DNA from: Novakomyces olei | Taxonomy: Eukaryota | Direction: 5' to 3' | Assembly: GCA_016906335.1 (NCBI GenBank) | Contig: JADEYG010000005.1 | Location: forward strand, 372,001-436,000 | Length of the DNA: 64,000 nucleotides | Shown: positions 63,559 through 64,000 of the stretch, piece after piece | How the letters are laid out: the number at the start of each line of letters is the position of its first letter | How positions within the stretch are numbered: position 1 is the stretch's first letter | Position numbers and translations under genes: made by a program | Notes under the pieces: model-generated | What the model was told of the DNA's origin: nothing | Databases searched by the model: none | The model's input: only the letters and a program-made list of their open reading frames with translations

Positions 63559-64000
63559 CTACTTCAGCCCGAACCCATCCGTCCCGTCTAGAGCCTGCTG
63601 CAGCATGCTCTGCAACTTCTCCTTCGTGCTGTACCGTTGCAGGCACAACTGGCTAAAGCATGTGTGAGCAGTTGGATACCTATTCTCCTCTTCGCCGGTT
63701 ATACAAATACTAAACTCCATGTTGCTGGCACCTGCAGCAGGAATACGTTCGCATCCAGTAATAAACTGAATTATTTGCCGTTGATACTGGGCATTTGCGC
63801 TGCTCAATATTTCCCAAAACCAGGCGACAACGGGCTCGATTGCTCCGTCAGAGCCGTCAAACGACTCATACGTCGTAATCGCTTTCAGCTGAGCAATATC
63901 TAAATCCTCTGACGTACCTCGGACCATCATTTCAATCTCTTCTGGCCGGAACAACGAAAAAGCATTGCCGCCACAGACTTGCAAGAACCCACGCTTGAAC
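63559..64000 (-). CDS. HECT E3 ubiquitin ligase, C-terminal fragment (gene continues beyond the window; Hul4/HERC-like)
   Basis: LFRPEEIEMMVRG, VAWFWE, FITGCERIP, catalytic PTAHTCF, terminal GFGLK*. Confidence 0.92.
   Translation of the reverse strand, partial: FKRGFLQVCGGNAFSLFRPEEIEMMVRGTSEDLDIAQLKAITTYESFDGSDGAIEPVVAWFWEILSSANAQYQRQIIQFITGCERIPAAGASNMEFSICITGEEENRYPTAHTCFSQLCLQRYSTKEKLQSMLQQALDGTDGFGLK

Overview
Gene-dense, intron-containing fungal (ascomycete) chromosome segment. The features fit an early-diverging, fission-yeast-like (Taphrinomycotina-type) genome: very short introns, frequent AAG acceptors, Nup37, and an ABCF protein with a long charged N-terminus. That taxonomic placement is inference. 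About 27 protein genes and one tRNA-Arg(UCU) are supported. Most are housekeeping genes (UTP14, Vps3/Vps39-like, ABCF, STU2/alp14, VMA3, NUP37, HIT1, CUZ1, GLE2/RAE1, RSM25, LAM/Ltc, YSH1, LMW-PTP, chitin synthase, THO2, ATG3, MBF1, OPY2, COX4, MID2-like, HECT ligase). The standout is 29457-32052, which the ORF track splits into four pieces. It splices into one 682-aa protein fusing a complete MurQ-type N-acetylmuramate-6-phosphate etherase to a BadF/NAGK/MurK-type amino-sugar kinase. This is a candidate one-gene pathway for a fungus to salvage bacterial peptidoglycan sugar, and it sits next to a class I glutamine amidotransferase/gamma-glutamyl-peptidase-like gene. Other notable items are a Stealth-family phosphotransferase, long AT-only microsatellites sitting repeatedly in bidirectional promoters, a microsatellite-filled intron, stop-free in-frame introns, and TTAGGG clusters. 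Exon boundaries were read by eye and need RNA-seq confirmation.
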